Positions 8,954 through 19,568 are shown, counted from the stretch's first letter. The stretch: 64,000 nucleotides of DNA from Candidatus Bathyarchaeia archaeon (GCA_038883655.1 JAVZLQ010000004.1:96001-160000), one strand, 5' to 3'. Numbers and translations: made by a program. The notes: a model not told the origin generated them from the letters alone.

Positions 8954-11104
8954 ATGGGGAAAGTCCGCGTTGGGATAGATGTTGGTGGAACATTTACTAA
9001 AGCCGTAGCTATTGATTGTGAGACGCTGGAAATTGTTGGAAAATACGAGGTTCTAACGACGCATAGCGCTCCTGAAGGTGTAGCCAGAGGAATAGTGGAT
9101 GCATTTTACGGACTTATGAAACACTGTAAAATCCAACCAGAAGACGTCGTTTTTATTGCACACAGCACAACACAAGCAACAAACGCCTTGTTAGAAGGAG
9201 ACGTTGAACCAGTAGGCATTGTTGCAATGGGCAAAGGCTTTGACGGACTAAGAGCCAAAAGCGCCACTAAAGTAGGTAATGTCGAATTGGGTCCTCAAAG
9301 GCATTTAAAGACATATCACACGTTCATTGACACTAACAACGGATTATCTAAGGAAGAAGCATCACAAGCTATCAAAGACTTGCAAGAGCAAGGAGCCAGG
9401 GTGATTGTAGCAAGTGAAGCTTTCGGAGTAGATAATCCCGAAAACGAGCTTGCTGTAGTAAGTGCAGCAATCGATAGAGGTTTACCAGCAATAGGGGCTC
9501 ATGAGATATCAAAGCTTTACGGGCTAAAAACAAGAACGAGGACAGCATGTATTAACGCCAGCATTCTACCAAAGATGATGGAAACTGCAAACATGATTGA
9601 ACAAAGCGTAAGAAAAGCTGGAATAACCGCGCCAATAATGGTTATGCGCGGCGATGGAGGAGTTATGGCAATAGACGAAATGAGAAAAAGACCAATATTA
9701 ACGTCGCTATCTGGACCGGCAGCCAGTGTGGCTGGCTGTTTGATGTATCTAAGAATTACTGACGGCATATACTTTGAAGTTGGTGGAACCAGCACAAACC
9801 TAGGCGTTATTAGAAAGGGCAGACCAATGTTCAAATATGTAGAACTAGGCGGACATCCAACATTCCTGCATTCCCTAGACGTAAGAGTAGTTGGCGTTGC
9901 CGGAGGAAGCATGCCAAGAGTAAAAGACCGCAAAATTATAGATGTGGGACCTCGTAGCGCGCATATAGCTGGGCTTCCATACGCGTCGTTTGTAGATCCA
10001 AAAGAAATCAAAGATCCAGAGCTTGTGTTTATACAGCCGAAGAAGGGTGATCCAAACGATTATGTCGCAATAAAAACCGCTAGTGGAAAGTTAATAGCAA
10101 TCACAAACACGTGTGCGGCCAATGCTCTCGGATTAACAAAACCTGGAGATTACGCATACGGCAATAGAGAATCGGCAAGAAAGGCTATAGAAGTTTTAGC
10201 CAAACACATTGGTTTAAGTATCGATGAAACTGCCACGCAAATATTAACAATTGCCACAGACAAAGTAATCCCAGTAATCAACGATTTAATTAAGGAGTAT
10301 AAGCTTGAAAAAGAGGTAACGTGGCTTGCAGGCGGAGGTGGAGGAGCCGCGGCTCTAGTTCCGTTTCTATCCAAGCGAACAGGTATTTCCTATAAAATAT
10401 CAGAGAATGCAGAGGTCATATCCTCCATTGGTGTAGCATTAGCCGTGATCCAAGACATGGTTGAACGACATGTTATCAATCCAACACCTGAGGTAATACT
10501 CTCAATAAAGCGAGAGGCTGAAATGGCTTGCATAAAATCAGGCGCGGCGCCTAGCACCGTAGAGGTATTTGTAGAGGTAGATGCTCAAAAGAAAAAAGTT
10601 AGAGCCTTGGCTTGGGGAGCTCTAGAATTTAGAACAAGAGACATTAGAAAAACTGCAACGTTAGACGAAGTAAAAGAAGAAGCAGCTAAGTCAATGCATC
10701 TACAGCCAAGCGAGGTAACTATAGAAGCGTCAATAGACGACTTCTACGTAGTAACTGGCACGATCAAACAGAAAGGCGTAATGAAACTGTTTAGGGGAGG
10801 AACGCCACAACTTAGAGTTGTAGACAAATATGGTGTTGTAAGACTTTCAATACAAGGAAAAACAACAATCGCCAAAGCATCTGTCCAAGATGCCGAAAAA
10901 ACACTTAAGGAAATATTCGCAAAAAACAAATCATACACAGAAGCAGGCGCGTTTATCCCATCTATATACGTGCTCTGCGAAGGAAGAATATTGGATTATT
11001 CCGGCCTAATTGAAGAAGAACAAGTTTTAGGTCTATTGCGTTCAGAGCTAGCGGGAAGAAAACCGGAAAGACCATTGATAATAATAGCGACGTCGCGACA
11101 ATAG
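8954..11104 (+). CDS. hydantoinase A/oxoprolinase family ATP-dependent amidohydrolase
   Basis: GIDVGGTFT, HSTTQATNA, SGPAAS and EVGGTST motifs. Start moved to ATG 8954 after AAGGA. Confidence 0.92.
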   Translation: MGKVRVGIDVGGTFTKAVAIDCETLEIVGKYEVLTTHSAPEGVARGIVDAFYGLMKHCKIQPEDVVFIAHSTTQATNALLEGDVEPVGIVAMGKGFDGLRAKSATKVGNVELGPQRHLKTYHTFIDTNNGLSKEEASQAIKDLQEQGARVIVASEAFGVDNPENELAVVSAAIDRGLPAIGAHEISKLYGLKTRTRTACINASILPKMMETANMIEQSVRKAGITAPIMVMRGDGGVMAIDEMRKRPILTSLSGPAASVAGCLMYLRITDGIYFEVGGTSTNLGVIRKGRPMFKYVELGGHPTFLHSLDVRVVGVAGGSMPRVKDRKIIDVGPRSAHIAGLPYASFVDPKEIKDPELVFIQPKKGDPNDYVAIKTASGKLIAITNTCAANALGLTKPGDYAYGNRESARKAIEVLAKHIGLSIDETATQILTIATDKVIPVINDLIKEYKLEKEVTWLAGGGGGAAALVPFLSKRTGISYKISENAEVISSIGVALAVIQDMVERHVINPTPEVILSIKREAEMACIKSGAAPSTVEVFVEVDAQKKKVRALAWGALEFRTRDIRKTATLDEVKEEAAKSMHLQPSEVTIEASIDDFYVVTGTIKQKGVMKLFRGGTPQLRVVDKYGVVRLSIQGKTTIAKASVQDAEKTLKEIFAKNKSYTEAGAFIPSIYVLCEGRILDYSGLIEEEQVLGLLRSELAGRKPERPLIIIATSRQ

Positions 11105-11120
11105 CAAATAAATCGTTTTT

Positions 11121-11879
11121 TTATATTATCGCTCCTTCTTTTGCCTTATTTATTGCTGCATAAAAATACTGTGGGTTTTCCGTCAAAAAGTAATCGAGAA
11201 CTCGTGGACAGTACTTTAATCTAAGCAAATTACGAGCGAAAGAGTCAGCGGCTACATCGTAAAGCTCACGAATGTCGACCTTTAATTGAATCGGGCCGAA
11301 TTTGAAATTGTCTACCAAGTATTCATTCTTAATGGCTCTTACCGTTGTTATATGATGGTATAATTCGTGAGCAACATGTATTGAAATAAGAGTCTCCATC
11401 GGGAACATGTCACCAAGCTGGTGAAGACAGGCCAGTTTGTATTTGTAAAGAATTGATCCTTCATAAACGTAAATAGTTGACTTTTTTAGATCATACTCTG
11501 AAAATACAATTTGCTTCCCTAATATATAAGGATTTGAGATAAAAACAGTCTCTACCTTCATTTTTTTGGCTATTTCAATAGGATCTGTATCTAGAAACTC
11601 GTTTAATACTTCATTGGCGATTTGATAACCGTGGGAGACGGCCTTTTTTACAAACTTTAAGCGCATGTCTTGTGGAATTTTGTTGAAAAAAATGCTCTGT
11701 TTAAGGTCAACGTACCCGATCGTGATCTCATCAACTTCTAACAACAGTCTCTTGATAGGAATATTCTTTGTTTTTTCGATGATTTGTTCTACTTTATCAA
11801 TATTCTGGCCCTTGATTTTCTTGGCGGATGTTATGCGTAGCGTTTCAAGAACTTTTCGAACTTTTTCCATTCCATTCAC
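11121..11879 (-). CDS. hypothetical protein with HExxH zincin-like motif
   Basis: IHVAHELYHH plus a downstream ADSFA helix, an IrrE/ImmA-like pattern. Confidence 0.65.
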   Translation of the reverse strand: MNGMEKVRKVLETLRITSAKKIKGQNIDKVEQIIEKTKNIPIKRLLLEVDEITIGYVDLKQSIFFNKIPQDMRLKFVKKAVSHGYQIANEVLNEFLDTDPIEIAKKMKVETVFISNPYILGKQIVFSEYDLKKSTIYVYEGSILYKYKLACLHQLGDMFPMETLISIHVAHELYHHITTVRAIKNEYLVDNFKFGPIQLKVDIRELYDVAADSFARNLLRLKYCPRVLDYFLTENPQYFYAAINKAKEGAII

Positions 11880-11903
11880 CGCAAAAAGGGAAAAGAGGGG
11901 ATG

Positions 11904-13223
11904 TTAAATGATGTATGTTAGTACGGTAATTACTAGCCCGCCAAAGGTCATTAGCCAAGCCCACAAGGCAATGTTTTTCGGAAAGTCTATCGGCTTGTTG
12001 CCTGTAACTGAAGTGGTCCAAACTGTGTAAACTATTGTTGGGTCTGCCCATAGATAGTATGCCCATATAGATATTCCTGCTCCCCAGATTGCTGTTGCGG
12101 TTATCGGCCCCAGCTGACCCTGATTTGCAAGCGCAGCCAGCGTCATGTAGATAGGTGCACCCATCCTTATTGAGCCTGGCCCTCGGAAGACAGCGGCAAA
12201 GGTTATTATGCCGAAGAATATGAGAAACGTAGGTATATCTCGTGGAGCGAATTGCAGCATTGATTGGGAGAATGGATCTAGGAAAGCTTTTACGCTCGGC
12301 AGATACACTAGCCAGCCTATGGCGAGGAACACCAAGATTAGACCAGCTGCTTCTACGCCACCATCAAAGAAGTTTTTCTCCATTAAACGTCCTAGGTCTT
12401 TAGGTTTGCGACCACTTCCTGGCTGTGTTAGTATATAGCAGAGGAATATGGAGACTATGAATGCGACGATAGGATCTTGCTTTGCGAAAACTATCAGCGC
12501 CCAAGGCACAGCAGGTAAGATCATAGCAAATGCAGGCACTTTTCTACCTTCGCTCTTTACCTCTGCTGGTGTCGCAGACCTTAGCCTGTACCCCTTACGT
12601 TTAAATCGCCAGACAAGCCATATGTAGGCCACTATAACGTTCCATATAAGAACTTTATACATAAAGTCAATATGGTCGCTGATCCACTGAGCTGCAAGCG
12701 TTGCATCCATCTTGGGTATAACTCCAGTGAAGTAACAAACTGATGGCCAAGTCATCGGCCACATTAAATATGCTGCGCTCCACCCGGCTCCATGAACAAG
12801 CGCCGCGGTTAATCCATCAACACCTAAAGCCATCAAGACTGGCAGAGTGATTGAACCTACAATAATTACACCGGCTGATTGGGTGCCAAGGCTAACGTAG
12901 ATCCAAACTGCCAAGAGTATGCATGCTGTGAGGAATGGGCGTTCGCTACCTAGCTCTATTGCCTTTTTGACAATGGTTTCAACGACGCCGGTGTCTATTA
13001 ACGCTCTAGCATAGATAAAACCGAATATGAACAGTGGTATAATAGACAAGTTCTGGGATGGCCCGTTAATGGTCAACGTTATAATATCGTTTATAGAAGC
13101 ACCGTAGACAGCGAGGACAGCGACGGCCATAAAAAGACAGCCCCAGTACCATGTCAACCATTCTTTTACCATCAGTATAACCATAGCGACAAAGACCAAC
13201 CAGAACGCGATGAACTGAATCAT
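11904..13223 (-). CDS. secondary transporter (GntP/CitMHS-like permease)
   Basis: About 12 TM. Start at ATG 13223 behind a purine-rich RBS. Confidence 0.8.
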   Translation of the reverse strand: MIQFIAFWLVFVAMVILMVKEWLTWYWGCLFMAVAVLAVYGASINDIITLTINGPSQNLSIIPLFIFGFIYARALIDTGVVETIVKKAIELGSERPFLTACILLAVWIYVSLGTQSAGVIIVGSITLPVLMALGVDGLTAALVHGAGWSAAYLMWPMTWPSVCYFTGVIPKMDATLAAQWISDHIDFMYKVLIWNVIVAYIWLVWRFKRKGYRLRSATPAEVKSEGRKVPAFAMILPAVPWALIVFAKQDPIVAFIVSIFLCYILTQPGSGRKPKDLGRLMEKNFFDGGVEAAGLILVFLAIGWLVYLPSVKAFLDPFSQSMLQFAPRDIPTFLIFFGIITFAAVFRGPGSIRMGAPIYMTLAALANQGQLGPITATAIWGAGISIWAYYLWADPTIVYTVWTTSVTGNKPIDFPKNIALWAWLMTFGGLVITVLTYII

Positions 13224-13438
13224 CGAGTCCTTTCCCCTTTCATTTAATACATTAATACCGCTCATAATATCGCAAACATTTAAAAATTTTACTCCGATTC
13301 GCCGATAAGAGGTTATGTTCATCCATGCAGCATTATGGAGTGCCCAAACTTTTACATGCTGAAGAAGGCTGTGGAGAGGAAAAACTTAAAATTGTACACA
13401 TGACTCCTTTTTAGAAGTTCAAAGTATGAGGGAGGGAT

Positions 13439-14410
13439 ATGGAGAAAATTACAAATTTAGAAGGCGTCAAGAAGTTAGCTTTAAAAGTTAGAAATTGGGG
13501 TAGGTGGGGCGCCGACGACCAGGTTGGAACAGTGAACTTTGTGACCCCAGAGAAAATCGTCAAAGCAACACATTTGGTGAAAAAGGGAAAAGTCTTCTCA
13601 TTGGCATTGCCCTTTGACAGATTCGGCCCACAAAAACCCATACCCGGTCAAAAGCGCTTTAACCCAATACATTTAATGTTTAGGTCAGGTGTAGACGCCC
13701 TAGTGCCATTGCCTCCTGAGAGAGCCCGCGCCTTCCCATATATACGCTCCGCGGATGACATGGTCATACTAACAACACACGGCGGAACACATTGGGATGC
13801 GTTAGCACACATATTCTTCGAAGGAAAAATGTGGAATGGTTATGACTGCACTTTAGTAACAAGCGAAGGGGCACAAAAAAACGGCATAGAAAACTACAGA
13901 AATAAGATTGTTGGTCGCGGTGTTCTACTTGATATAGCACGTTACAAAAAGGTTAAGTGGCTAGAACCTGGATACGGCATAACACCAGAAGACTTAGATG
14001 GATGCGCAAAGTGGGAAAAAGTAACTATTGAACAAGGCGACTTCTTGCTCGTCAGGACGGGACAACTGCGCCAAGTCAGAGAGAGAGGTGACTGGGGAGA
14101 CTACGCTGGAGGAAACGCCCCAGGACTTACTATAGAAACAGCTGAGTGGCTATACGAAAAAGAGGTAGCGGGCGTCGCGTCAGACACATGGGGAGTCGAA
14201 GTACGGCCGAACGCAACACCCGATTGCGCACAACCATGGCATATAATTGTAATACCAAGCATGGGACTGCTAATGGGTGAAATGTTCGACTTTGAAGAAC
14301 TTGCAGAGGACTGTGACAAAGATAAGGTCTACGAATTCTTGTTTGTAGCTCCTCCACTACCAATCACTGGAGCTGTAGGAAGCCCGATCAACCCATATGC
14401 TATAAAGTGA
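13439..14410 (+). CDS. cyclase family (kynurenine formamidase-like) metallohydrolase
   Basis: NWGRWG, HGGTHWDALAH, GRGVLLD and GAVGSPINPYAI motifs. Confidence 0.93.
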   Translation: MEKITNLEGVKKLALKVRNWGRWGADDQVGTVNFVTPEKIVKATHLVKKGKVFSLALPFDRFGPQKPIPGQKRFNPIHLMFRSGVDALVPLPPERARAFPYIRSADDMVILTTHGGTHWDALAHIFFEGKMWNGYDCTLVTSEGAQKNGIENYRNKIVGRGVLLDIARYKKVKWLEPGYGITPEDLDGCAKWEKVTIEQGDFLLVRTGQLRQVRERGDWGDYAGGNAPGLTIETAEWLYEKEVAGVASDTWGVEVRPNATPDCAQPWHIIVIPSMGLLMGEMFDFEELAEDCDKDKVYEFLFVAPPLPITGAVGSPINPYAIK

Positions 14411-14422
14411 GGGGACAAACAG

Positions 14423-15916
14423 TTGTCCACAAAAAATGACATAAAATTTTCTAAACATTATGGAAAAATAAAGCATTTTATCGACAATTTTTATATTGAA
14501 GCCGATTCAGAAGAGTATTTTTCATCATACGATCCGGGAAGTGGAGCAGAGATCGCAAAAGTCCCTATGCTATCCATAAAAGATGTTGATCGCGCCGTGC
14601 GTTCAGCCGCAAGCGCATTTGATGCTTGGTCGAATACGCCGGTTTTTGAGCGTATACAACACCTAATCAAACTGAAAATTCTAATGGAACAGAGACTCGA
14701 AGATTTCGCTAAACTTCTATCGCAAAACGTTGGCAAAACTATTCGTGAAGCCCGTGCTGAAATGCGCAGGGCACTAGAAGCTGTTGACGCAGCCTTAGGA
14801 TCACCCCATCTGTTCATGAACACTAGAAAAGTTATGAATATGGCTAAAACTGAACCTGAAATCGATATGGAATGCGTTAGGGAACCTCTTGGAGTGTTTG
14901 CTATAATTTCACCATTCAACTTTCCCATAATGATCCCCATGTGGTTCCTTCCATGGGCTGTTGCGTTCGGAAACACCGTTGTTATAAAACCAAGTTCACT
15001 AGACCCTGTGCCAATAACGGCTTTAATGAGCTTATTCCGTGAGGCAGGCTTCCCGGACGGTGTCATCAACCTCATCAATGGAACAGGCGGCTCTGAGGAG
15101 TTACTTAAGCACCCAGAAGTTGTAGGAGTCTGTTTCGTGGGCTCCTCACCAGTTGGCGAGAAAGTTTATTCTACCGCATGTTCCAACGGCAAGAGAGCCA
15201 TATGCCAATGCGGTGCAAAGAACCCTGTGGTTATTATGCCGGATGCTGCTTATGAACCAACTGTTGAAAATGTTATCGGCGGCTTTTTTGACATGGCTGG
15301 ACAACGCTGTCTAGCCCCGGGAGTACTCATACCAGTAGGCGAAGCATATGACAAATTTGTAAGCGCTCTAGTTGAAAGAGCGAAGAAAATACGGGTTGGC
15401 TATCCATTATTGGAAGACACTAATATGGGTGCAATGGTTTCGCAGAAGGAACGCGACAGAGTTGCTAAAATGATAGAAGAAGCAATAGCTGCTGGAGCAA
15501 AACCGCTGCTTGATGGTCGCAAAGTAAGTGTGGAAAGTAAATACAAAGAAGGATTTTATCTTGGCCCAACAATATTAGACGAGGTTGCACCAGGAACAAT
15601 CGTAGAGCAAGAAGAGATATTCGGGCCAGTCATGCCAATAGTAAAAGCATCAAACTTCGCTGAAGCTCTAAGCATAGCTAACAATCGCCAATATGGAAAC
15701 ACTGGAACGATCTACACATCAAGTGGAAAATGGGCAAGAGAGTTTGCAAGGCACGTTAAAGCGGGCAATGTGGCGATAAACATGGCTGTAGCACAACCAC
15801 ACCAATTCTTCCCATTCCCAGCACGCAAAAGAAGCCACTACGGACCATTAACAGGGCAGACTGGCACGGTAGACTTCTTCACGGACATGAAAGTAATCAT
15901 GTACAGATGGTGGTAA
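14423..15916 (+). CDS. CoA-acylating (methyl)malonate-semialdehyde dehydrogenase-like ALDH
   Basis: PFNFP, FVGS, GAKN, AGQRC (catalytic Cys), EEIFGPV and YGNTG motifs, an MmsA/IolA pattern. Confidence 0.85.
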   Translation: MSTKNDIKFSKHYGKIKHFIDNFYIEADSEEYFSSYDPGSGAEIAKVPMLSIKDVDRAVRSAASAFDAWSNTPVFERIQHLIKLKILMEQRLEDFAKLLSQNVGKTIREARAEMRRALEAVDAALGSPHLFMNTRKVMNMAKTEPEIDMECVREPLGVFAIISPFNFPIMIPMWFLPWAVAFGNTVVIKPSSLDPVPITALMSLFREAGFPDGVINLINGTGGSEELLKHPEVVGVCFVGSSPVGEKVYSTACSNGKRAICQCGAKNPVVIMPDAAYEPTVENVIGGFFDMAGQRCLAPGVLIPVGEAYDKFVSALVERAKKIRVGYPLLEDTNMGAMVSQKERDRVAKMIEEAIAAGAKPLLDGRKVSVESKYKEGFYLGPTILDEVAPGTIVEQEEIFGPVMPIVKASNFAEALSIANNRQYGNTGTIYTSSGKWAREFARHVKAGNVAINMAVAQPHQFFPFPARKRSHYGPLTGQTGTVDFFTDMKVIMYRWW

Positions 15917-16127
15917 AAGACTAGACGCTGTTACCATATCCCTGCAAAATCCCCTTTTTCTAATAAGTGAACAAAATTTAACTGTCATATCATTTCTGGA
16001 ATATTGCCACATAATAGACAGAGTAAAGAAATAACAATAACGCGTTTAAAAGCCTTCTTCAATAAGAGCAACACGATAACGGTAACCTAAACCAAATCAT
16101 TTTCACGAGAACAAAAGCTTAGGCTCG

Positions 16128-16197
16128 CGTGTCAGTTCGCCCGTCGAGTCATATCATAGCCATTATAAAGCTCTATTGACTCCCTGCATCATCATCC
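16128..16197 (-). ncRNA. C/D box sRNA guiding 2'-O-methylation of 16S rRNA C1402-equivalent
   Basis: Minus strand: C box ATGATGA (16189-16195) and D box CTGA (16132-16135). The D guide GACGGGCG is complementary to the universal 16S CGCCCGUC, and the N+5 rule hits C1402. A second segment, GCAGGGA, complements 16S UCCCUGC just upstream. Confidence 0.75.
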
Positions 16198-16213
16198 AAA
16201 AATATAATCGGCA

Positions 16214-16236
16214 TGGCAAAACTTAAGGCTTTTCCA
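16214..16236. promoter_or_regulatory. bidirectional BRE-TATA promoter (sRNA / nitroreductase operon)
   Basis: Palindromic CTTAAG at 16222-16227 with purine-rich BRE-like flanks on both strands, about 25 nt from the C box. Confidence 0.5.
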
Positions 16237-16259
16237 ATTAAAAATGGTATATACAACGC

Positions 16260-16796
16260 ATGGAGATGGAAGTTGTGGAGGTTCTAGAAGCCATTAAGGG
16301 TAGAAGAAGCATAAGAGCATTTAAAAGCCAGGATATCGCAGAAGAAACAGTCAACAAGCTTATTGAGGCTGCTTGCTGGGCGCCTTCTGCCGGAAACATT
16401 CAGCCATGGGAGTTCATAATTGTGCGAAACAGCGAAATTAAGCAGAAACTTGTTGAGGCGGCGCTTGGTCAAGAATTCATCGCAGAAGCTCCAGTCGTGA
16501 TAGTTGTGTGCGCGAATGAAGAGCGTTCAGCTCGAGGCTATGGTTTACGCGGAAAAACCTTATATTGCATACAAGACACGGCTGCAGCCATCCAAAACAT
16601 ACATTTAACCGCGTACTCGCTTGGTTTAGGTACATGTTGGATTGGAGCCTTTAGAGAAGAGGAAGCGCGGAAAGCGTTAAAGATTCCGAATGGAGTACGC
16701 CCAGTTGCGATAATCCCTGTGGGTTACCCAGACGAATTTCCTCAACCGCCTAGAAGAAGGCCAATGCAGCAAGCGGTTCATTACGAAACTTGGTGA
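16260..16796 (+). CDS. nitroreductase family protein
   Basis: RRSIRAF, APSAGNIQPW and GLGTCWIGAF motifs. Confidence 0.95.
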   Translation: MEMEVVEVLEAIKGRRSIRAFKSQDIAEETVNKLIEAACWAPSAGNIQPWEFIIVRNSEIKQKLVEAALGQEFIAEAPVVIVVCANEERSARGYGLRGKTLYCIQDTAAAIQNIHLTAYSLGLGTCWIGAFREEEARKALKIPNGVRPVAIIPVGYPDEFPQPPRRRPMQQAVHYETW

Positions 16797-16800
16797 AAGC

Positions 16801-17571
16801 ATGAAAATGCGCAGCTATTACATGGGCGAGCTCACATGGGTAGATGTGAAAGAATTCCTTTCAAAACATAATGTAGCCATAATACCAGTCGGAAGTTGTG
16901 AGCAGCACGGTCCGCATTTACCGCTTGATACAGATGCTTATGATGCCTTTTGGCTTTCGCTAAAGGCTGCTGAAAAGGCGCAGTGCGCGCTTGTGGCTCC
17001 ACCAATCTATTATGGAGTTTCGCTTCATCACATGGACTTTCCAGGAACAGTTACGCTTTCCTCAAATACGCTGGAGCAACTCGCCTACGAGGTGGCTTAT
17101 TCCCTAACATGGCATGGGTTCAGGAAAATACTCTTCGAAAATGGTCATGGCGGAAACACTCACGCCTTAGAAGCTACAGCACAAAGAGTTAAGATGGACA
17201 CAAATGCATTCGTAACCATCGACACGGTCAGCCTCATACCCGACTTCATCGAGAAACACATAGAAACGCCGCATGACGCGCATGCCGGAGAATTTGAAAC
17301 ATCCACAACACTTGCCAACAGAGAAGACTGTGTAGTTAAGGAAAGAATTAAAAGGGCGGAGATAAGGCTCCCAGAATCAAAATATGTGAAGATAGGGTTA
17401 AAGGAGACAGGTCCAAAGGTCTCGTGGAGTTTTAGGACAAAAGAGCTGAGCGAAACTGGAGTTATAGGAGACCCATCAAAAGCTTCGAAGGAGAAAGGCG
17501 AACTCGCCTGGAAAGTAGCCATAGAAAGGCTTGCTGAATTTTTAAGAGAACTTGACAAAATGAAAATCTAA
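16801..17571 (+). CDS. creatininase/ArfB family amidohydrolase
   Basis: GSCEQHGPHLP..D, NGHGGN and HAGEFETS motifs. Confidence 0.95.
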   Translation: MKMRSYYMGELTWVDVKEFLSKHNVAIIPVGSCEQHGPHLPLDTDAYDAFWLSLKAAEKAQCALVAPPIYYGVSLHHMDFPGTVTLSSNTLEQLAYEVAYSLTWHGFRKILFENGHGGNTHALEATAQRVKMDTNAFVTIDTVSLIPDFIEKHIETPHDAHAGEFETSTTLANREDCVVKERIKRAEIRLPESKYVKIGLKETGPKVSWSFRTKELSETGVIGDPSKASKEKGELAWKVAIERLAEFLRELDKMKI

Positions 17572-17608
17572 TATCTCGGCGTTAACACTATCATTAACGA
17601 GGCCATGA

Positions 17609-19375
17609 TTGTTGCAGTATCTCAAAATAGCCGACATCTACGAGCAAATTGAAGCCACAACAAAAAGGCTTGAAATGACAGACCTTCTAGTTAACCTTCT
17701 AAAGAGCACGCCAAAAGAAATAATCGACAAAGTCGTTTACTTGACGCAGGGCAAAATCTACCCAGACTTCGTGGGCTTAGAAATAGGCGTGGCGGAAAAA
17801 CTTGCCATAAAAGCCCTAGCGCGGGCTTCTGGCGCAAAGGAAAGCGAAATTGAAGAAGACCTAAAGAAAAGTGGAGATATAGGCGAAACAGCCCAAAAGC
17901 TCATAGCAAACAAAAAACAGGTAACGTTCTTCCAAAAACCCCTAACAGTCCAAAGAGTTTATGAAACGCTCGATAAAATGGCTAAGGCTTCAGGCAGCGG
18001 AGCAGTGGACACAAAAACCGCGTTGTTAGCCGGGCTTCTAGCGGATGCAACACCAAAAGAAGCGAAGTACATTATGCGCACAGTTACTGGAAATCTTCGC
18101 TTAGGAATAGCAGATATGACTGTTCTTGACGCTTTGGCAATAGCCTACGGTGGAGGAAAAGAGGCCCGCGAGCTAATCGAGAGAGCCTACAATATATCCT
18201 CAGATCTTGGGAGAGTGGCAAAAACCGTAGCGGAAAAAGGACTTGAAGGAATAAAGGAATTCCAAGTCATAATAGGCGAGCCGATAAGGCCAATGCTGGC
18301 TGAAAGACTTTCTTCTCCAGAAGAGATTTTAGAAAAGCTCGGCGGAAAATGCATAGCAGAATACAAATACGATGGCGAACGTGTGCAAATCCACAAAAAA
18401 GGCGACGATGTAATTCTTTTTTCCAGACGCTTAGAAAACATTTCAAGCCAATACCCAGACGCCATAGAACTAATAAAAAAACATGTGAAGGCGAAAGACG
18501 CCATTTTAGAGGCAGAATGCGTAGCCATAGACCTCGACACAGGCGAGATGCGACCATTCCAAGAGCTCATGCATAGAAGACGCAAATACGAAATCGAAAA
18601 GGCAATAGAGGAATATCCCGTTTCGCTTTTCATGTTTGACGCGCTTTACATAGATGGAAAAGACCTAACACTGGAGCCCTACCCAAAAAGGAGAAAAGCC
18701 CTCGAAAAAGCAATAATTGAAGGCGAAAGGGTGCAAATCGCCAAACACATAATAACAAGCAACGCGAAAGAACTGGAGAGATTCTTCTTAGAAGCCATAG
18801 AAGATGGCTGCGAAGGCTTAGTATGCAAATCAGTAGCCGAAGACGCGGTCTATCAGGCAGGCGCAAGGGGCTGGTTGTGGATAAAATACAAGCGCGACTA
18901 CAAAAGCGAAATGACAGACACCGTAGATTTGGTGACTGTTGGTGCCTTTCATGGACGCGGAAAACGCGCAGGAACTTACGGTGCACTACTGTTGGCGGCA
19001 TACAATCCAGAAACTGACACGTTCGAAACAGTGACAAAATGCGGAACGGGGTTCACAGATGAAGACCTAGCGAAACTACCGCAAATGCTAAAACCACACA
19101 TAATACCACGTAAACATCCAAGAGTAAACTCACTTTTAGAGGCAGACGTGTGGCTAGAACCAAAGATAGTCCTAGAAATACTAGGCGCAGAAATAACCCT
19201 GAGTCCAATCCACACATGCGCCATGAATATAATACGCCAGGGAAGCGGCCTAGCAATACGTTTTCCGCGTTTCACCGGGAATTATAGGCTTGATAAAGCT
19301 GCTGAAGATGCAACAACGATAAGCGAAATAGTTGAGATGTATAAGAAACAATTAAAGAAAATTACTGAAAGTTAA
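17609..19375 (+). CDS. lig: ATP-dependent DNA ligase
   Basis: EYKYDGER adenylation motif, EGLVCK, WIKYK and RFPRF. Confidence 0.98.
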   Translation: MLQYLKIADIYEQIEATTKRLEMTDLLVNLLKSTPKEIIDKVVYLTQGKIYPDFVGLEIGVAEKLAIKALARASGAKESEIEEDLKKSGDIGETAQKLIANKKQVTFFQKPLTVQRVYETLDKMAKASGSGAVDTKTALLAGLLADATPKEAKYIMRTVTGNLRLGIADMTVLDALAIAYGGGKEARELIERAYNISSDLGRVAKTVAEKGLEGIKEFQVIIGEPIRPMLAERLSSPEEILEKLGGKCIAEYKYDGERVQIHKKGDDVILFSRRLENISSQYPDAIELIKKHVKAKDAILEAECVAIDLDTGEMRPFQELMHRRRKYEIEKAIEEYPVSLFMFDALYIDGKDLTLEPYPKRRKALEKAIIEGERVQIAKHIITSNAKELERFFLEAIEDGCEGLVCKSVAEDAVYQAGARGWLWIKYKRDYKSEMTDTVDLVTVGAFHGRGKRAGTYGALLLAAYNPETDTFETVTKCGTGFTDEDLAKLPQMLKPHIIPRKHPRVNSLLEADVWLEPKIVLEILGAEITLSPIHTCAMNIIRQGSGLAIRFPRFTGNYRLDKAAEDATTISEIVEMYKKQLKKITES

Positions 19376-19568
19376 GCCAAAGAGTATGATTTTTGCTTAT
19401 GTTGGCGCAGTCCCTCTTTTTGAGGCGTTTAGAGGACGTTTATAAGTCATTACCAAAAACTTTATTTTACCAGTCATTATCATTTTATACCGTTTACAAA
19501 ATTTTGGGAATTCAGCAATTGCTGGGTACTTAAAATTTTGTAAAAAATAAAATATGGGAGAAAGGAAA

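Noticed and set aside
7090-15916. myo-inositol catabolism (IolD + IolA)
   Set aside because: IolG/E/B/C are absent, and the other genes are amidohydrolases.
7042-16093. Possible att/direct repeat GGTAACTATAAACC vs GGTAACCTAAACC bounding the catabolic cluster
   Set aside because: Short, imperfect and AT-rich, with no integrase or tRNA nearby.
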